Shown in pieces: positions 11,675-24,860 of a stretch of 64,000 nt of DNA. Below the pieces are notes generated by a model. That model saw only the letters and a list, made by a program, of their open reading frames with translations, searched no databases and had not been told where the DNA came from. The position numbers and the translations under genes were made by a program. The stretch's first letter is position 1. Each line of letters begins with the position of its first letter. Source of the DNA: Octopus sinensis (taxonomy: Eukaryota); the NCBI RefSeq assembly GCF_006345805.1, contig NC_043008.1, forward strand, positions 46,376,001-46,440,000, read 5' to 3'.

Positions 11675-12574
11675 TCATGCACTAAATAATTAATTCCTCC
11701 TAATTTCTTGCTCCTTTCAACCACATATACAGTGGCAAATCCATTATAGTTTGTCCACATAAATAAAATAAAAAATTTGTGGAAATAACAAGTTGCACAC
11801 TAGGAGAAAGCAAATTGAGGTATTGCTGGCAAAGTTAAAGACTCTCCTAGGCAACTCTATACACAGTGAATTCCCTATGAAACAGTTGATGACAGGAACC
11901 GATTCTCTAGTTTTTGTTATATCGATAGAGTAATGCCACTGACATTCGCATCGTGTATCTCTGATAGCATATGCACATACCTTTTATTCTATTGATGCAC
12001 ATCACATGGTAATACAATCCATACATGAGCGTGCAAGGCTGACTGCAGTGATCTGCACCACTAGAGTGCATGTATATATTCCATCAGATATACACTCTGC
12101 TCATTTCAGTGGTTTTCCTTTACATAGAGGGACCTGTTTGGGTTCTTCGTAAATATCCGAATAATTCAGAATGTATTGCTTCATTGAATTTTCAACTTAA
12201 ATCCTTTAAATTTTGATGGTGAGGGCACATGGTACTGAAATTCAAAATAGAGAGCAAGACTCGGGAGAGCTACAATAAATGGCTACGTATAAACTCTGAA
12301 CTTTAAATAATTATTTTCAATTTCGTATTATTTTCGCTTCACTGATTAAATCAAGTCTCTTCAAAATCCCGGGGCTTGATTTTTACATGCCTTTTTTCTA
12401 TTCTGCACTCGTTTAATATCAATCATGAAACGAAGCTAAATTTCATAAACCGCGAACCTTTCCATCATTAACTATTCTTGTGTTTCAATCAAATTTTTGC
12501 TGCATTCACAAGTCTGCATTTAGAAAATTACTATTTGCAAATCTCACAACGAGAGATATTGAGCAACAGTACTT

Positions 12575-12757
12575 TTGAGTAAAGATTATTTACCAACATA
12601 ACATGGCAGTCCTAGTTTAGCAAGAATGTTGCTGTAATTTAGCCACAGGAGACATCGTATATCCAGCTGGAGACGATGCCTCCTGGGGCTAAATTACAGC
12701 AACATTCTTCCTAAGCCAGGACTGCTATGTTATGTTGGCAAACAATATTTCCTCCAA
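12575..12757. repeat. ~180-bp palindrome / MITE-like element
   Basis: Arms ccaacataacatggcagtcct...aagaatgttgctgtaatttagcc and ggctaaattacagcaacattctt...aggactgctatgttatgttgg, centred on tccagctgga. Confidence 0.8.
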
Positions 12758-13342
12758 TTCTATATTTTCCTAATTGTCTCTCATTGTGGTTCTTTCCTTT
12801 ATGATTCCACATCTGTTAACTCATATTCGTAGGCGTGTGGTTCTGACTGATCGCATGTGAGGGTATGACAGAGTTCGAACATGAAAACATCTGCACACAA
12901 CTGTGTATCCGTGTATGCTTGTGTGTACGTGCTTACAAATATTCAGCGTTGCGTATATATGTGTGTGTTGCGTCAGTGCAAGTCACTTTATCTATGCCCG
13001 CGCATGCGTGTGTATGTGTGTAGATGTGCTTGGAAGTATATGCATAATGTGTATTTGTGCTTATATGGATATGTGTTAATTCCAGTTTGATTTAACATTG
13101 GTTTAAACGGATTTTTTTATGAAATATCTCTAACTTCAATCCCACGCATTTTCTGCAACAGTAACCTGTCACTCTATTGGTCAAAGTGAAGCCTGTGGAT
13201 TTCGCTTTCTCCATATATTCTATCTACTGTTACCTTAAAGATTTCGCTATGGACCTCAGAGGAATATGTGCGTTGCCATACTGAATCTCTGGGAAATCGA
13301 AATTGGCTCACACACACACATGTATATTTCTTTCTTTATTCA

Positions 13343-13410
<68 letters not shown>

Positions 13411-15983
13411 TGTGTGCGTGCGTGTTTGTGTCTGTGTACGTGTTTTCGCGTCTGTATGCGTACTTGCATGCATATATACATATATACACGTGCATTCACA
13501 TACATACACATGCATTCACATACATACACACAAACACAATCACACATAAGACAGGATGCTTTCTCTGGAAATATAAAATGCACCTCTGAAACTTGCAGCA
13601 AGTGTAAATATGATGAATCTGACGACAACATCGCTTTGAGACCGAAATGAAAAGTCACCAACAGCCACCGAATGCGGCGGAGATGCTTATGGACAACAGT
13701 TTTAAAGTTTGCAACACCCCCTTCTCTCTCTCTCTCTCTCTTCCTCTCTTATAAATTTGCATTCATGCCAATCGTAATTGGTACAATCAGTTTTGTATGT
13801 AAATATGCTTATTCCACAATCTGGCAGAGAAAAAAAAAGTGGTAATTAAGAAATTTGGAGATACAATTTGAGAGTGGAGGAGTACGAAATATGGAATATA
13901 AACTTTACACATCATTTTATTGCAGTTATCGTTGTTGCAATCCAAACTTCATTGTCAGTGCATTTCTTTGTTTGTTAGAAACCAGGCGAAATTTGTCCGG
14001 GTTGCGATTCAAGGAAGCGGGATCTTTTCCTTTTTGTTTTGGGATAATGTTAAATAGAGCAGGGCGTGTTGGGAGAAATAAATTGTGTTGCAGTGTATTT
14101 GTATTGTAAGCTTGAATTACATATGGGGCTAATGAATTTTGTATATAGATACTAGGAAATGGAAAATATTTGGGTTGCTTTGAGCTGGAGGAAATTAAAG
14201 TATGAGTGGGTGATTTTCTTGATATGGAATATTTACACGGAAGTTCTGCTTATATTTATGGGATTGTTCTTTTATTCCATCTACTCGTTCATTAAATCCC
14301 AAACAAGGACATTGAACAAATAGGTATAATTGGAACGAATAGTAATCCTGGAATAATTATCGCTGTTAGAAATTTATTAAATTGTTAGGAGGTAATATTT
14401 TCTCTCTTCTTTGCCGTAGAAACCATAGCCGGATTTATTTGAAACAGCACCTTAAATAAGGACGCCCCGCTTACGAAATGGATTTGTCTCTTATTCGATA
14501 GTGAACCGCTTCGTTTCCTGACGTCTTCGTTATTTCAGGTGGCAGCGGGTAGTGAAGTCTCTTTGCAATATTAGAAGCTGTATTTTAGAAATATAGTAAT
14601 GAAGTAATACAAATAATTAGGAAAACCAATTAATATCTCTCATTATCTGGATTAACATGGAGACAGTGTACTTTTCATGACGAGTGGGACAATTTACAGC
14701 GCATTAATTCGCTAATAGATATATGTTTTATTTATATAAAAGAAATCAGTCGTAATTGATAAGAATCCTGAATAAAAGTCAATCAGATTTATTGGATAAT
14801 TAAGCAACTTACATCCATATTGTGAATGGATAAAATTTAAGTGTCATATTTATTATATTCAGAAGAATGTCTGTACATCTTAATTTGCTCAAAATACAAT
14901 GGTTATTGTAAAGAATACTATTTTTCAATTAGAAACATGTGAAAATGACAGAAATTAATGTCTTCCAAATTGCATTACATTATCTTACAGAAATATAATA
15001 TACCATCTTATAATTTACTCAATATTTTCTTTTTCGCGTTTAATTTATTCTATAACCCGTCTTTTTAAATGAATGTTATAGGTTATTAATTTTCCAGTAT
15101 TTTGAATACATTCTTGCATTTCCATTTTTATAAAAATGCTTTTCATTATCAAAAAATATTGATTACGCTCAGCACATCTGTGTGAATGAATGCTAATTAG
15201 ATTTAAATGGCAGAATTAAGTTTAAAGTTGTCAGTTTATAAGAAAAAAAAAATCATAAATTTTAGATAATGTTACGACACTATTAAAAAACAGCATATAA
15301 AATAATTCTGTTAGTGTTCCGTATTTTTTGTATGTTTTGTTTGTATTTTAAAGAGAAATGTCAAACGAGAAGTCAGTTACTTATTTAGAAGTAACTCAAG
15401 TCAAACATCTGCAACTCTTTTCTTAACTATTTCATAAAGAATCGGTCATGCTGTGAACTGCTCACTATTTGAGGAACGTGCAATACAAAAATGATTTAAT
15501 AACGAAGTAGCTAACTGAATATATAATTGTGTCTTCCTGTATCACTGGGTTTATCTTCATTTATCTTATCTTAACGGTTGATAGAATCGGAATGATGTAC
15601 GTGCTGATGATTAAAATCTTCAACTTCAAAGAAATGTTACACTGGAACATGTAGTGACAGGAGGGCCAGTCTACTTTTGGCAATCATAAATATATATGAC
15701 TAATGCGGCAAAACAATGAACTAAAGAATGGGTGCATTCACTTCTGCTTAGCATCAGGTGTACATTGGACGTAAAACTTTGTATCTATTAAAATATACTC
15801 TTAGGACGAAAGAATGCAAATCCAGTGGCACCGACCCCGTGACGTCATAGTGATACCAACTACCAACTGATGACTAAGTCGGAATCGAATGTTCCTTCCA
15901 TTGTGTTTTTTTGTCTCCTTTTTCTGTCCGTCTTATTTTCACGCAGTTTCGCTCTAGTTCTCCCTTTTCTCTTTCTCTCTCTT

Positions 15984-16031
<48 letters not shown>

Positions 16032-16229
16032 ATATATATATATATGTGTGTGTGTGGGTGTGTGTGTGTGTGTGTGTGTATGTACAATAGATTGGAAATA
16101 AAGCAAACTCAGTTACCTATCAGTAAATTATTATCAATGTTACTGCCCAGGAAGGGTTTTATATCTATCTATCTATCTATCTATCAATCTCTCTGTCCCC
16201 CTTTCTCCGTCTCTCTCTCTCTCTGTATA

Positions 16230-16295
<66 letters not shown>

Positions 16296-19200
16296 TGAGA
16301 GAGAGAGAGAAGGAGAGAGAGGGCGAGTTTTGATACGTCCGTCGATATTATCGCCTGTTTTTCTCCGAAATATCATCGTTCGAATACCTCAGTTGGTTTT
16401 GTTGCGAATCTTGAATAACCGAACGCCATAAGACTCAACCCATCGGTCATCAAGGAATAATCAAGCTGCATCATATCGGTTTGATTGTGTGTTTATGAGG
16501 TCACCAATTAACCACTGTCACACATGAATAACAAATAGTTATTGAATTCTTAAAACACCATGCGAATATGACCACATGGCATTGTTTAAATGCTCAAGCA
16601 ATATTCTTCTGATAGCTTAGAATCTGTATTCTGTTTCTAGAATACATATACTAAGCTATCAGAGGCTAAGCTATTTCTAGAATACAGATATATCAATGCA
16701 TTTTAAGTACTGTTGCTTTTATAAAATTTCTTTTTCACAAATAATTTATGTAACATAATATTCATAGTGGAAATATAAAATTGAATTAAGGTTCAAATTT
16801 TAAGGCACAACGCTCCCTAAAGTGTCATAAAAACTTACATGAATGACATAAATATGAATCTTTATTTCACCTTTGAATATCTGGAATATTAATTCTTGTC
16901 AGCATATTCCTTCGAGCAAAAACAAAGTATTTCATATGCAGTGAATAAAACTGGAAGGCTCGCGGCTGAAGACATTTCAACGGTATCCGTTTCTCACTCC
17001 AGAATATCAACATTGCAGCTCGCTGAATAATCAATCGTATGAATAATAACTAAATATATTTCAGTGACTTGAAATCACTCAACATATCGGAGACGCATTT
17101 TTGAGAATAATATATAGAAACATGTGGGGTATTACTTCAACCACCCAGAGACACCATCTTGACAGGGAGATATAAACCATTTGTTGAAATGTTCTCTTAG
17201 AATCTGCCAACGCACAAACATTTTCTTATGATCTGATGTGCTTCAATTCTCAATTGTCATCAATTAAATAGAACGAATACTTGGAAATATTGTACAATCA
17301 AATAACATCATATCAATGTTTTAAACAAATACAATAGGTTTCAATTTTAACTCGTGTGGCTTGCCGTTTACTGGCTACGGAAATATTTAAGCTAAATCCA
17401 TCAAAAGCATAAATATGGTATCACTATATAAATGCAGTGTAATGCACAGAAGGCGATATACTTCATAACATTCAGTAAAGACCTGTGCATTAGTGATTCG
17501 TACGTTTGACACATGATTAAAAGTTTGTAAGCTCTATTCCATGTTAGGGTGGCGCATCATTTCCTGTTGCTCTAGTCTGCGCATGTTGCCGGTAGAACCC
17601 AACCTTTCTTCAGATGTCACAATCTAAATGTTTTCATTATTTAAATGTGATAGGAATGAGAATGCTACGATGTCGGCTCAGGAGACCGTAAGCAGACAAG
17701 GCATTTCTGGAAACCACGGTTCAATTAATACGCCCGTGCTCACTCGTGGCGGTTGGCTGACTCTGCCCCAACAATATCTAAAGTACTGCCATAGACAATA
17801 GTAAGAAACAGTGTATGTTACAAAATACATAGACGCGATAGCTTGATCGCAACTGCTAAATGTCAAATAGTTGAATGTCTATAGAGACATCTATATAGGA
17901 CAAGAAATAAGCCAGAACACATATAGCGTAGAGACGGGGCTGATAAGAATTATGAATGGAAAGAAAATCATACCAATTGCTCTAAAAATCTAGTAAACAC
18001 GAATAAGGTTAGAAAAATATACAATACATGCAGGCATATTTTAAGTAATAGGAATTCCTGCACAAGATACTGCAATATTTATGAAATAAAAAGAAATGAG
18101 TTCAAAGAGATCTTGCTATGAAGATTTGTTTGAACTACAAATGTTACAAGAGAGATTAGTTTAGGATCACGCTAAATATCCCGACGAATCTGAAAATCAC
18201 CAACGAAATGAATAATATAATGCACGACGCTCAAATAATCTCCTCATATTATAAGAGGCTTAGCTATATTTAGACACAACAGATTTTATTATCTGTAATC
18301 AAAGACTCAGATCTAGATCTACAATAAAGCATTCATAAACATCAAAAGCATTTCAACTCCATATCTAATGAAACAGCTAATGTTGAAAACAATTTACATC
18401 TGAACTTCGCGGTTTCGTTACGGATAACTTTCCAAAGAAACACAAAATTTGGTTTTCATAAATATATACATATTTTTTTAATTGAAATGCGAAATTGCCT
18501 TTAGGTATATTTATTAAATAGATCAAGTACGAAAGAAGATGGTTATTTAATGGGTAATATAGAATATGTATGCATTATGGAATAACTAATGGCTAAATAC
18601 ATATTAGCAAAGATATTGATATGTAGCATCGAGTTATAGACAGTAGCGGGCGATATATGTGATGTCTTGTAAAGATAGAGAAATAAAGCTTCATGCTATC
18701 CTTTTTGTTCTGTCCAACTATCTCCAACGACGAATGTTGCGTTTATGGCTACATGTATGGCAAAGTAATTATCAATAATATATTCCAACCTTATTTATCT
18801 AAAAAAAAACTGTGGAATTTGTTGATTATTTTTATAGAAAAGGTTTATGTCCTTATTTGTGTCCTTGATAGTATATTGCCTTTTTATTTTGTTTCATTTT
18901 GTAGCAGCTTCTATTTATTATGCATGTTTCATTGTTAATCAGAATCGTGGTCTTCTTCGTATGTGTATAGATATTTATATACGCCCTTTTTTTATTGGAC
19001 ATTGTCTCTTCTGTGTAAACACTTTAGAAGATATAATTAATCATAGCAACCATAGAATTTCTTTGACTCATTGGTAAAACACACGTGAAATATGAAAGAT
19101 ATCGTAACATGAGAGAACGAGAAACCGTGAAATATTTTTCCCGAACTTTCTGTTGATTGTTTCAGCGATCGGTAGTCTGTAAATAATGGTATCGCAGTCG

Positions 19201-20375
19201 GTTTTTAAATATCTTGGTGTTTAAGGATCATTATAATAATGCCAGTGAAGCTCACCACACACACAAGCTCCTATCCACCCACTCACACACATATACATGA
19301 ACCGAAATGCTAAACAAATAAACTTGTATATTCTCAGAGAAGAAATCTACCCTCATATTATATTGTTAATGACCTACCTATTTGTCAGATCTTGCCATGT
19401 AACTTCAGACCTGACACAGCCTGTTAAAACCTCTTTTCTTTCTTTGCTACTCATGAATGATGTAGTTCTTACTTCTTAGGCCCTCCTTTTGCTCCATTTT
19501 GGTGGATATAACTGTTATCATTTTCGTTTGAAATTTCTCTTTAACCTACAGTATAAAACACTGAGAATAACGACTAAATCTTTCGTGAAGAGCGATTGTG
19601 CCGGATCAAATTAGGCAACTGCGTCATCAGTTATATGATTAATACTTTTTTTGTCCAACACTGATATTCAAATCCGTTCAGATTGATCACTCCATATAGA
19701 AGAAACTTGAGAATCCTTTCAATTTATAATGGCGTTTGGTCTTTAAGAATTTTACAATTTATTAAGAAGTATTCTGAAGAAAAGGAAAATTAATGAAGTT
19801 TAGCAATGAATTGATTAGTTTCTGTAAAATTGGTATAAATGGAAGAAGGCCTCTTAGTTTCCTCCCTTGTTCCGCTCACTGAACACCAAAGATGGCTGTG
19901 AAATCATTATTGATACGTAATAATCTTCGATAACTAGGAGCAGATTCTAAAGAATTGTGGAAATTTTATTATGAAAGATCGTGTTCTTCTTGTTGTAGAA
20001 CTTGATGAATGATAGGAAGACAGTTCCGATACGGAATACATATAAGTTATTATAAACACGAACACTTTTATGGAAAATGCGGCAAACGTGAAATAAAGAG
20101 CATTTCATGTGAACGTATTGTGAATAAACCGATCCAAATTGAAAAGGGGGCGGCGTAAGGAGATGTGTAAACATTCAGTTTCGTATGTACAATGTCTGTA
20201 AGGCTTATTATAATAATTTCGTTATTATGCAATGTATTAAACAAAACTTGTAACGCAAAAATAAGATTGCATACGCACAAACATATACATGACTGTGTGT
20301 AAGTATATGCATATACACGCACATACATGTATGTATAGTGCGTGTATGTGTGTGTGTATGCATACATACACACAC

Positions 20376-20413
<38 letters not shown>

Positions 20414-21181
20414 GCACACATGTATATAGATGAAATGTTTTCCTGAGAACACGGTGTACTCAACCGTACCTTTGATGGTGCGAATAGATTAGTTAACAAC
20501 TGAGTTATGGCATCATGTTCAGTGTTACAAATGAAGTATAGCAGAAATCGTATTTCTTTTATTGCAAAACTCTATATTTGTTTGTATTTAATAATTCACA
20601 AATTATTGTTTTGCCGAAGTGTATTAATAATCAAAGATGGACTAAAGTGACTCAATCATACATTTAATCTAATTCTTATTTAATCTGATAATCTACAAAA
20701 CATATTACCAGACATGAAAGTTCCTTTTTGTAAACATGTCATATACCTCAATTTGCTTCTAATATCAAGAACATTTTACAAGCCTCGCAGCTACTGATAT
20801 CCCAAATTTGAATATTGATGCAATATTTTATTCATTACACGATCTGATACATTCTTATGAATTATACCGGAATATAACCGAGTGTAATGAAAGATATAAA
20901 AAAAAGCAAATACAGTGCGTACCAGTATATGTGTTGACTGTTATTAATCTGAGTTCAATATCCGACTGATGCTAATATACACATATAATATTCCATTTAA
21001 GTTTATCAATAAATATTAAAATACAAACATATGTAATCTTCATTTAATCTTCTTTACACTGACCACGATATATCTTCTGTTTAATTTACAATTGTCTGCG
21101 CTCTGTGATTTGCGGGTGGGCGTAACACAATGAGTTGTACTTACAATAGAGCTTTCACGCGAATACTTGCAATAGACTTAC

Positions 21182-21250
21182 CTCACCTGCACTCAGGCGC
21201 AGATCAGACAGCAAAAGAGAAGACCGGATAAGCCTTCGGATTAACGGAAA
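21182..21250 (-). other. Candidate 69-nt exon of an unidentified host gene
   Basis: Minus strand tttatacttttgtAG|tttccg...gcaggtgag|GTAAGT; GC-richer than flanks; one open frame FPLIRRLIRSSLLLSDLRLSAGE; no recognisable homology. Confidence 0.35.
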
Positions 21251-21417
21251 CTACAAAAGTATAAATCCTTTTCTAAACTTTATCTAACATCTTGGACAAA
21301 TGTCTGTTAATTCGATGGATCTGAACATATTTTGAATTGTTTTTCTATTGAGGATTGCAGATCAATATGAAACAATTAATTTCGAAATTATATCCTTTAT
21401 TTCGTAAAGGCACCGTT

Positions 21418-21568
21418 ATTAGTGATTAGAGTATTCGTTTCACGATCCTGAGTTCGTGTCCCGGAGGCGTGTTGTATCTCTTGAGCAAGATATTTTATTT
21501 CACATTCCCCTCAGAGGATAAAAGTGAGTTACCCCTGTAATTCAAACGACCCGATTGTCACACTCTCT
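21418..21568 (+). mobile_element. Degenerate tRNA-derived SINE fragment
   Basis: tagtgattagag...gagttcg head followed by ttgagcaag CORE-like segment. Confidence 0.45.
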
Positions 21569-21613
21569 CACTTACACATATACATACATTTGCATACACA
21601 CATACATGCATAC

Positions 21614-21681
<68 letters not shown>

Positions 21682-21683
<2 letters not shown>

Positions 21684-21995
21684 CAATCGCAGCGTGGAAG
21701 GTGTTTATAAGCCATTTAAGAAACACACAAAAACCGTTAGATTCACTTCAACATTTAAATTTAATTTGTCAAAATATTTTCGTCGCTTTGAGACCACGAC
21801 ATGTTCACTGACAAACTTCGCGGCCTGAAAGCGACGAAAATATTTTGACACAAATTAAATTTAAAAGTTGAAGTGAATCTAACGGTTTTTGTGTGCTTCT
21901 TAAGTGGCTTATAAACACCTACCACACTGTAATTGTTTTCGTTCCAGCACACGATCTCAGATCAAGTCACTCGCTATGCAAGTACATCTCCGTAA
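21682..21995. mobile_element. Short Penelope-type non-autonomous element with inverted duplication, inserted in (TA)n
   Basis: Inverted arms 21682-21800 and 21817-21937, plus single-copy tail to 21995; (TA)n on both sides; tail also present inverted at 33432-33486. Confidence 0.7.
21763..21817 (-). ncRNA. Type I minimal hammerhead ribozyme motif, G3:C8 variant
   Basis: Minus strand: ag-uuuguca GUGAACA u gucgu(ggucucaaa)gcgac GAAA auau UU ugacaaa-uu; stem I 7-9 bp, stem II 5 bp, palindromic stem III AAUAUU. Confidence 0.65.
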
Positions 21996-22270
21996 TATAT
22001 ATATATATATATACACGTCTGACTTTGCCTTCTTTTTTGCATTATTTATTACAGCAGATAACATTCGACTGAATGACCTCATGTGCGCGACAGAGAAGAC
22101 ACTGGATTGTAACGAGACAATCACAATGCTACGTGACAGACACCAGGTGTCCCTTTTGAAGTAACTGCATTACTCGAATAATTCAATTCGTTTTATTTAG
22201 AACCTCCACTATTACAGCACCCGGGAGTTGCATGGCATATCTGAATCTAATGCATTTGATCACCGAGTTT

Positions 22271-22301
<31 letters not shown>

Positions 22302-22489
22302 TTACATACATACATACAAAGAAATATACATATATAGATAAAAATGATGGAGAAAACTGGTGAATCTATTTTAATATAAATATTGAAAATTTACTACAAA
22401 TTTGTTCCATTATTGGATGTACAACAAAGAGACGCATCCTTCTATTGCACATCTATTAATGTTATATCAAGATTTTTACTCACTTCCCG

Positions 22490-23095
22490 GGGCTCCAAAA
22501 ATTATTGGCACTACTACCACCTTTTCAGTGACCACAACTGCTTAAACTCCCAAGCTAACCTGTCTTATGTATTGACTTTTCTTTCTTTCTTATCGCATAC
22601 ATTGTTGTCAGTTTGGCATGCTATATCTATGATCCAGCAAAGCTTTCTTTCTTTCTGAATTAAAGCTATATCCGGCTTCCTATTCCGTATCTCATGGTCG
22701 CAATGACTCATAAACTCCCATAGGATCTTTGCTTTATCATTTACGATTATGCCTTCGGGTTTATGTTCGTACAACTTATTTTTTGCTCTATCAAGTCCAT
22801 ACTTGTTGCAAAGTGTCCAATATACACTGCTTGCTATATTGTTATGACGTCTCTTGTATTCCTTCTGGGCTAGTGGCATACTCTTGTATTCCTTCTGGGC
22901 TAGTGGCATGGTAACATGCCATACGGTATCATCATTTTGTTAAGATATTCTGCACTTATCACTTTCTGCTGTGTTGTCTATTCTGTATTTGATGTAATTC
23001 GTTCTTAATGCTTGCTCTTGGGCAGCGCAGATTAGAGTCTCTGTTTCCGCTTTTAAATCACTTTTAGCCATCAGTTTTGTGTGTGTGTCTGTCTT
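22490..23095 (-). mobile_element. R4/Dong-like (restriction-like endonuclease) LINE 3' fragment
   Basis: SDLKAETETLICAAQEQALRTNY...KCR; YKRRHN...KILWEF...IRNRKPDIALIQK...IIDIAC (PD..D motif); internal 30-bp tandem duplication at 22851-22909. Confidence 0.85.
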
Positions 23096-23344
23096 ATCTT
23101 CATTTGGTTTCGACGTTTGTCTTGTACTTGAGATAATCATAAATATGTGAGGGTCGGAGAGGGTATTAGAAATAATAGTAGCAGCTTCGTAAATAGACCA
23201 TATTCCACAGGTCTCTAAATAGGTTCGGCAGATGGTGAGAAGATCAACAATGATGCTTCGCTTCCCTGTGCAATCCGGAGACAATGAAGCATCACACCCT
23301 TGCGGTCAACAGAGATCAAATGTGTTTACTACAACTAGCGATCA

Positions 23345-23400
23345 ATGAGAGCGCTGACCTTGGCCTTGGTTATTTCCAAGGCCAAGGTCAGCGCTCTCAT
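23345..23400. repeat. Perfect 25-bp hairpin
   Basis: atgagagcgctgaccttggccttgg-ttattt-ccaaggccaaggtcagcgctctcat. Confidence 0.95.
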
Positions 23401-23559
23401 AACCAATTTACCTTGTTCTGTTTTTAATTACTGATAGTAAAAATAATCATCTATATACAAGTTTACAAGCTGAATTTTTGAATATTTTCTTTGATTTTTT
23501 GAAGTGTTGATGAAGTTTGCAGTTTCCGTAATTGTGCAGTTTGTATGTAATAGCAGGTG

Positions 23560-24560
23560 CATATCTCCTTACGGGTCATTCTTCAAGAACCCTAAAAAGA
23601 ATTCTTACAGTTCCAAGCAATGCTGAGTTTCGCACCGATTTCTTTTTAGCCATGTTGGTAGTTGACCACCGATTCTTCCAAATGCACCAATTGCTCTCCC
23701 GTCAACTCTCTTCATTGGCCACAACCTTCCTATTTCCCACTTCAAATCATCATAAGTATTTATTTTTCCTTCTTTCCCAATGATTCTCTTATCAACGGGC
23801 CATGTTATGTCGATCATCATACAAGTTCTTTCTTTGTTATTCACAAAAACAATGTCCAATTTCCGATGTTACACTGGATCATTACATCCAACAGGATCTT
23901 GCAGTTCTCGTCTTCGGTGACTCCTTGGGGGGGGGTCATACCATGTATTTGCTCTTTGTAAGCCGTGATTTCCACAGAGGTCCCAATGGATCATTCTGCC
24001 ACATTGCTATGACTAATGTTCTATTAATGGTTTGCTAATTTCGGGCGTTCTCTAACGATGTGCCACCCCTCTCACCACACATACTGCATTTTCTCTACTC
24101 GGAGTTTTATCTATTCTCCACTTTATACAGTTGGTCCTTAACGCTTGTTGCTGAGCTGAGCGTTTGAGTGCTGCTGCTTCTATCTTCAAGTCACTCCGCC
24201 CCATCCATAGCCATCTCTCCTCATTATTCACATCTCTTGCAAACTGGCCGTGCATTTTCTTTTCATTTCATGGTGTTTCTCTTTTTTATTATTTTTGTTC
24301 AATTTCTGTCTAAATTGTTCTTTCGTTACACAATTTTCAGTTTTGATGACACCAGCATTCTTCGTGTGTTTCAACATTGGCTCCGCGGCATTTGAATGTA
24401 GGCTGTTTTCTTCTGTTTCGACACATCCTGGCAACTAATCAAACCTCCCCCACACTTTCTTCTCAATAATTACAGCCTATCGGTGTCACTCTTAGGGTGG
24501 AAGGCGGAAATTCCACTCGTCACCTTGGTCAACATTGTTACGCAGTAGATTGCCGTACTA
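23560..24560 (-). mobile_element. Second, more divergent R4/Dong-like LINE fragment
   Basis: CVETEENSL; MHGQFARD...WLWMGRSDLKIE...AQQQALRTN; DIVFVNNKERTCMMIDIT...YDDLKWEIGRLW; many frameshifts. Confidence 0.8.
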
Positions 24561-24603
24561 ATAGCCTGGAAATAATGGCCACCACTTTCAGCATGAAGTG
24601 TAA

Positions 24604-24637
<34 letters not shown>

Positions 24638-24647
24638 GTGTGTGTAA

Positions 24648-24676
<29 letters not shown>

Positions 24677-24678
<2 letters not shown>

Positions 24679-24860
24679 GTTCAAATGTATAGAAAAATAA
24701 AGTTTAAGACAGTTGTAGGAACGACAAACAAGTGTATTAGTTTAATGCTCGGAAAAAAGAACTCAGTCTTTTACGTTTCGAGCCTACGTTCTTCAAGAGA
24801 AACGAATAAGAGGAAATAAACAAAGAGAGAATGAAAAAACGTGTTGAGTTCAGTGTGTGT
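24677..24860 (-). mobile_element. Short Penelope-type repeat with decayed hammerhead-like motif
   Basis: Next to (TA)n; minus strand ...ctcttga-a-gaacgtaggctc-GAAAC-GTA-aaag; core mutated. Confidence 0.4.

Noticed and set aside
15840-15847. TGACGTCA CRE-like site (also near 9648 and 38205)
   Set aside because: Short motif without promoter context; one copy lies in a SINE.
16320-17700. Non-repetitive stretch that might be a decayed transposase or exon
   Set aside because: No open frame or reliable motif found in the parts translated by hand.
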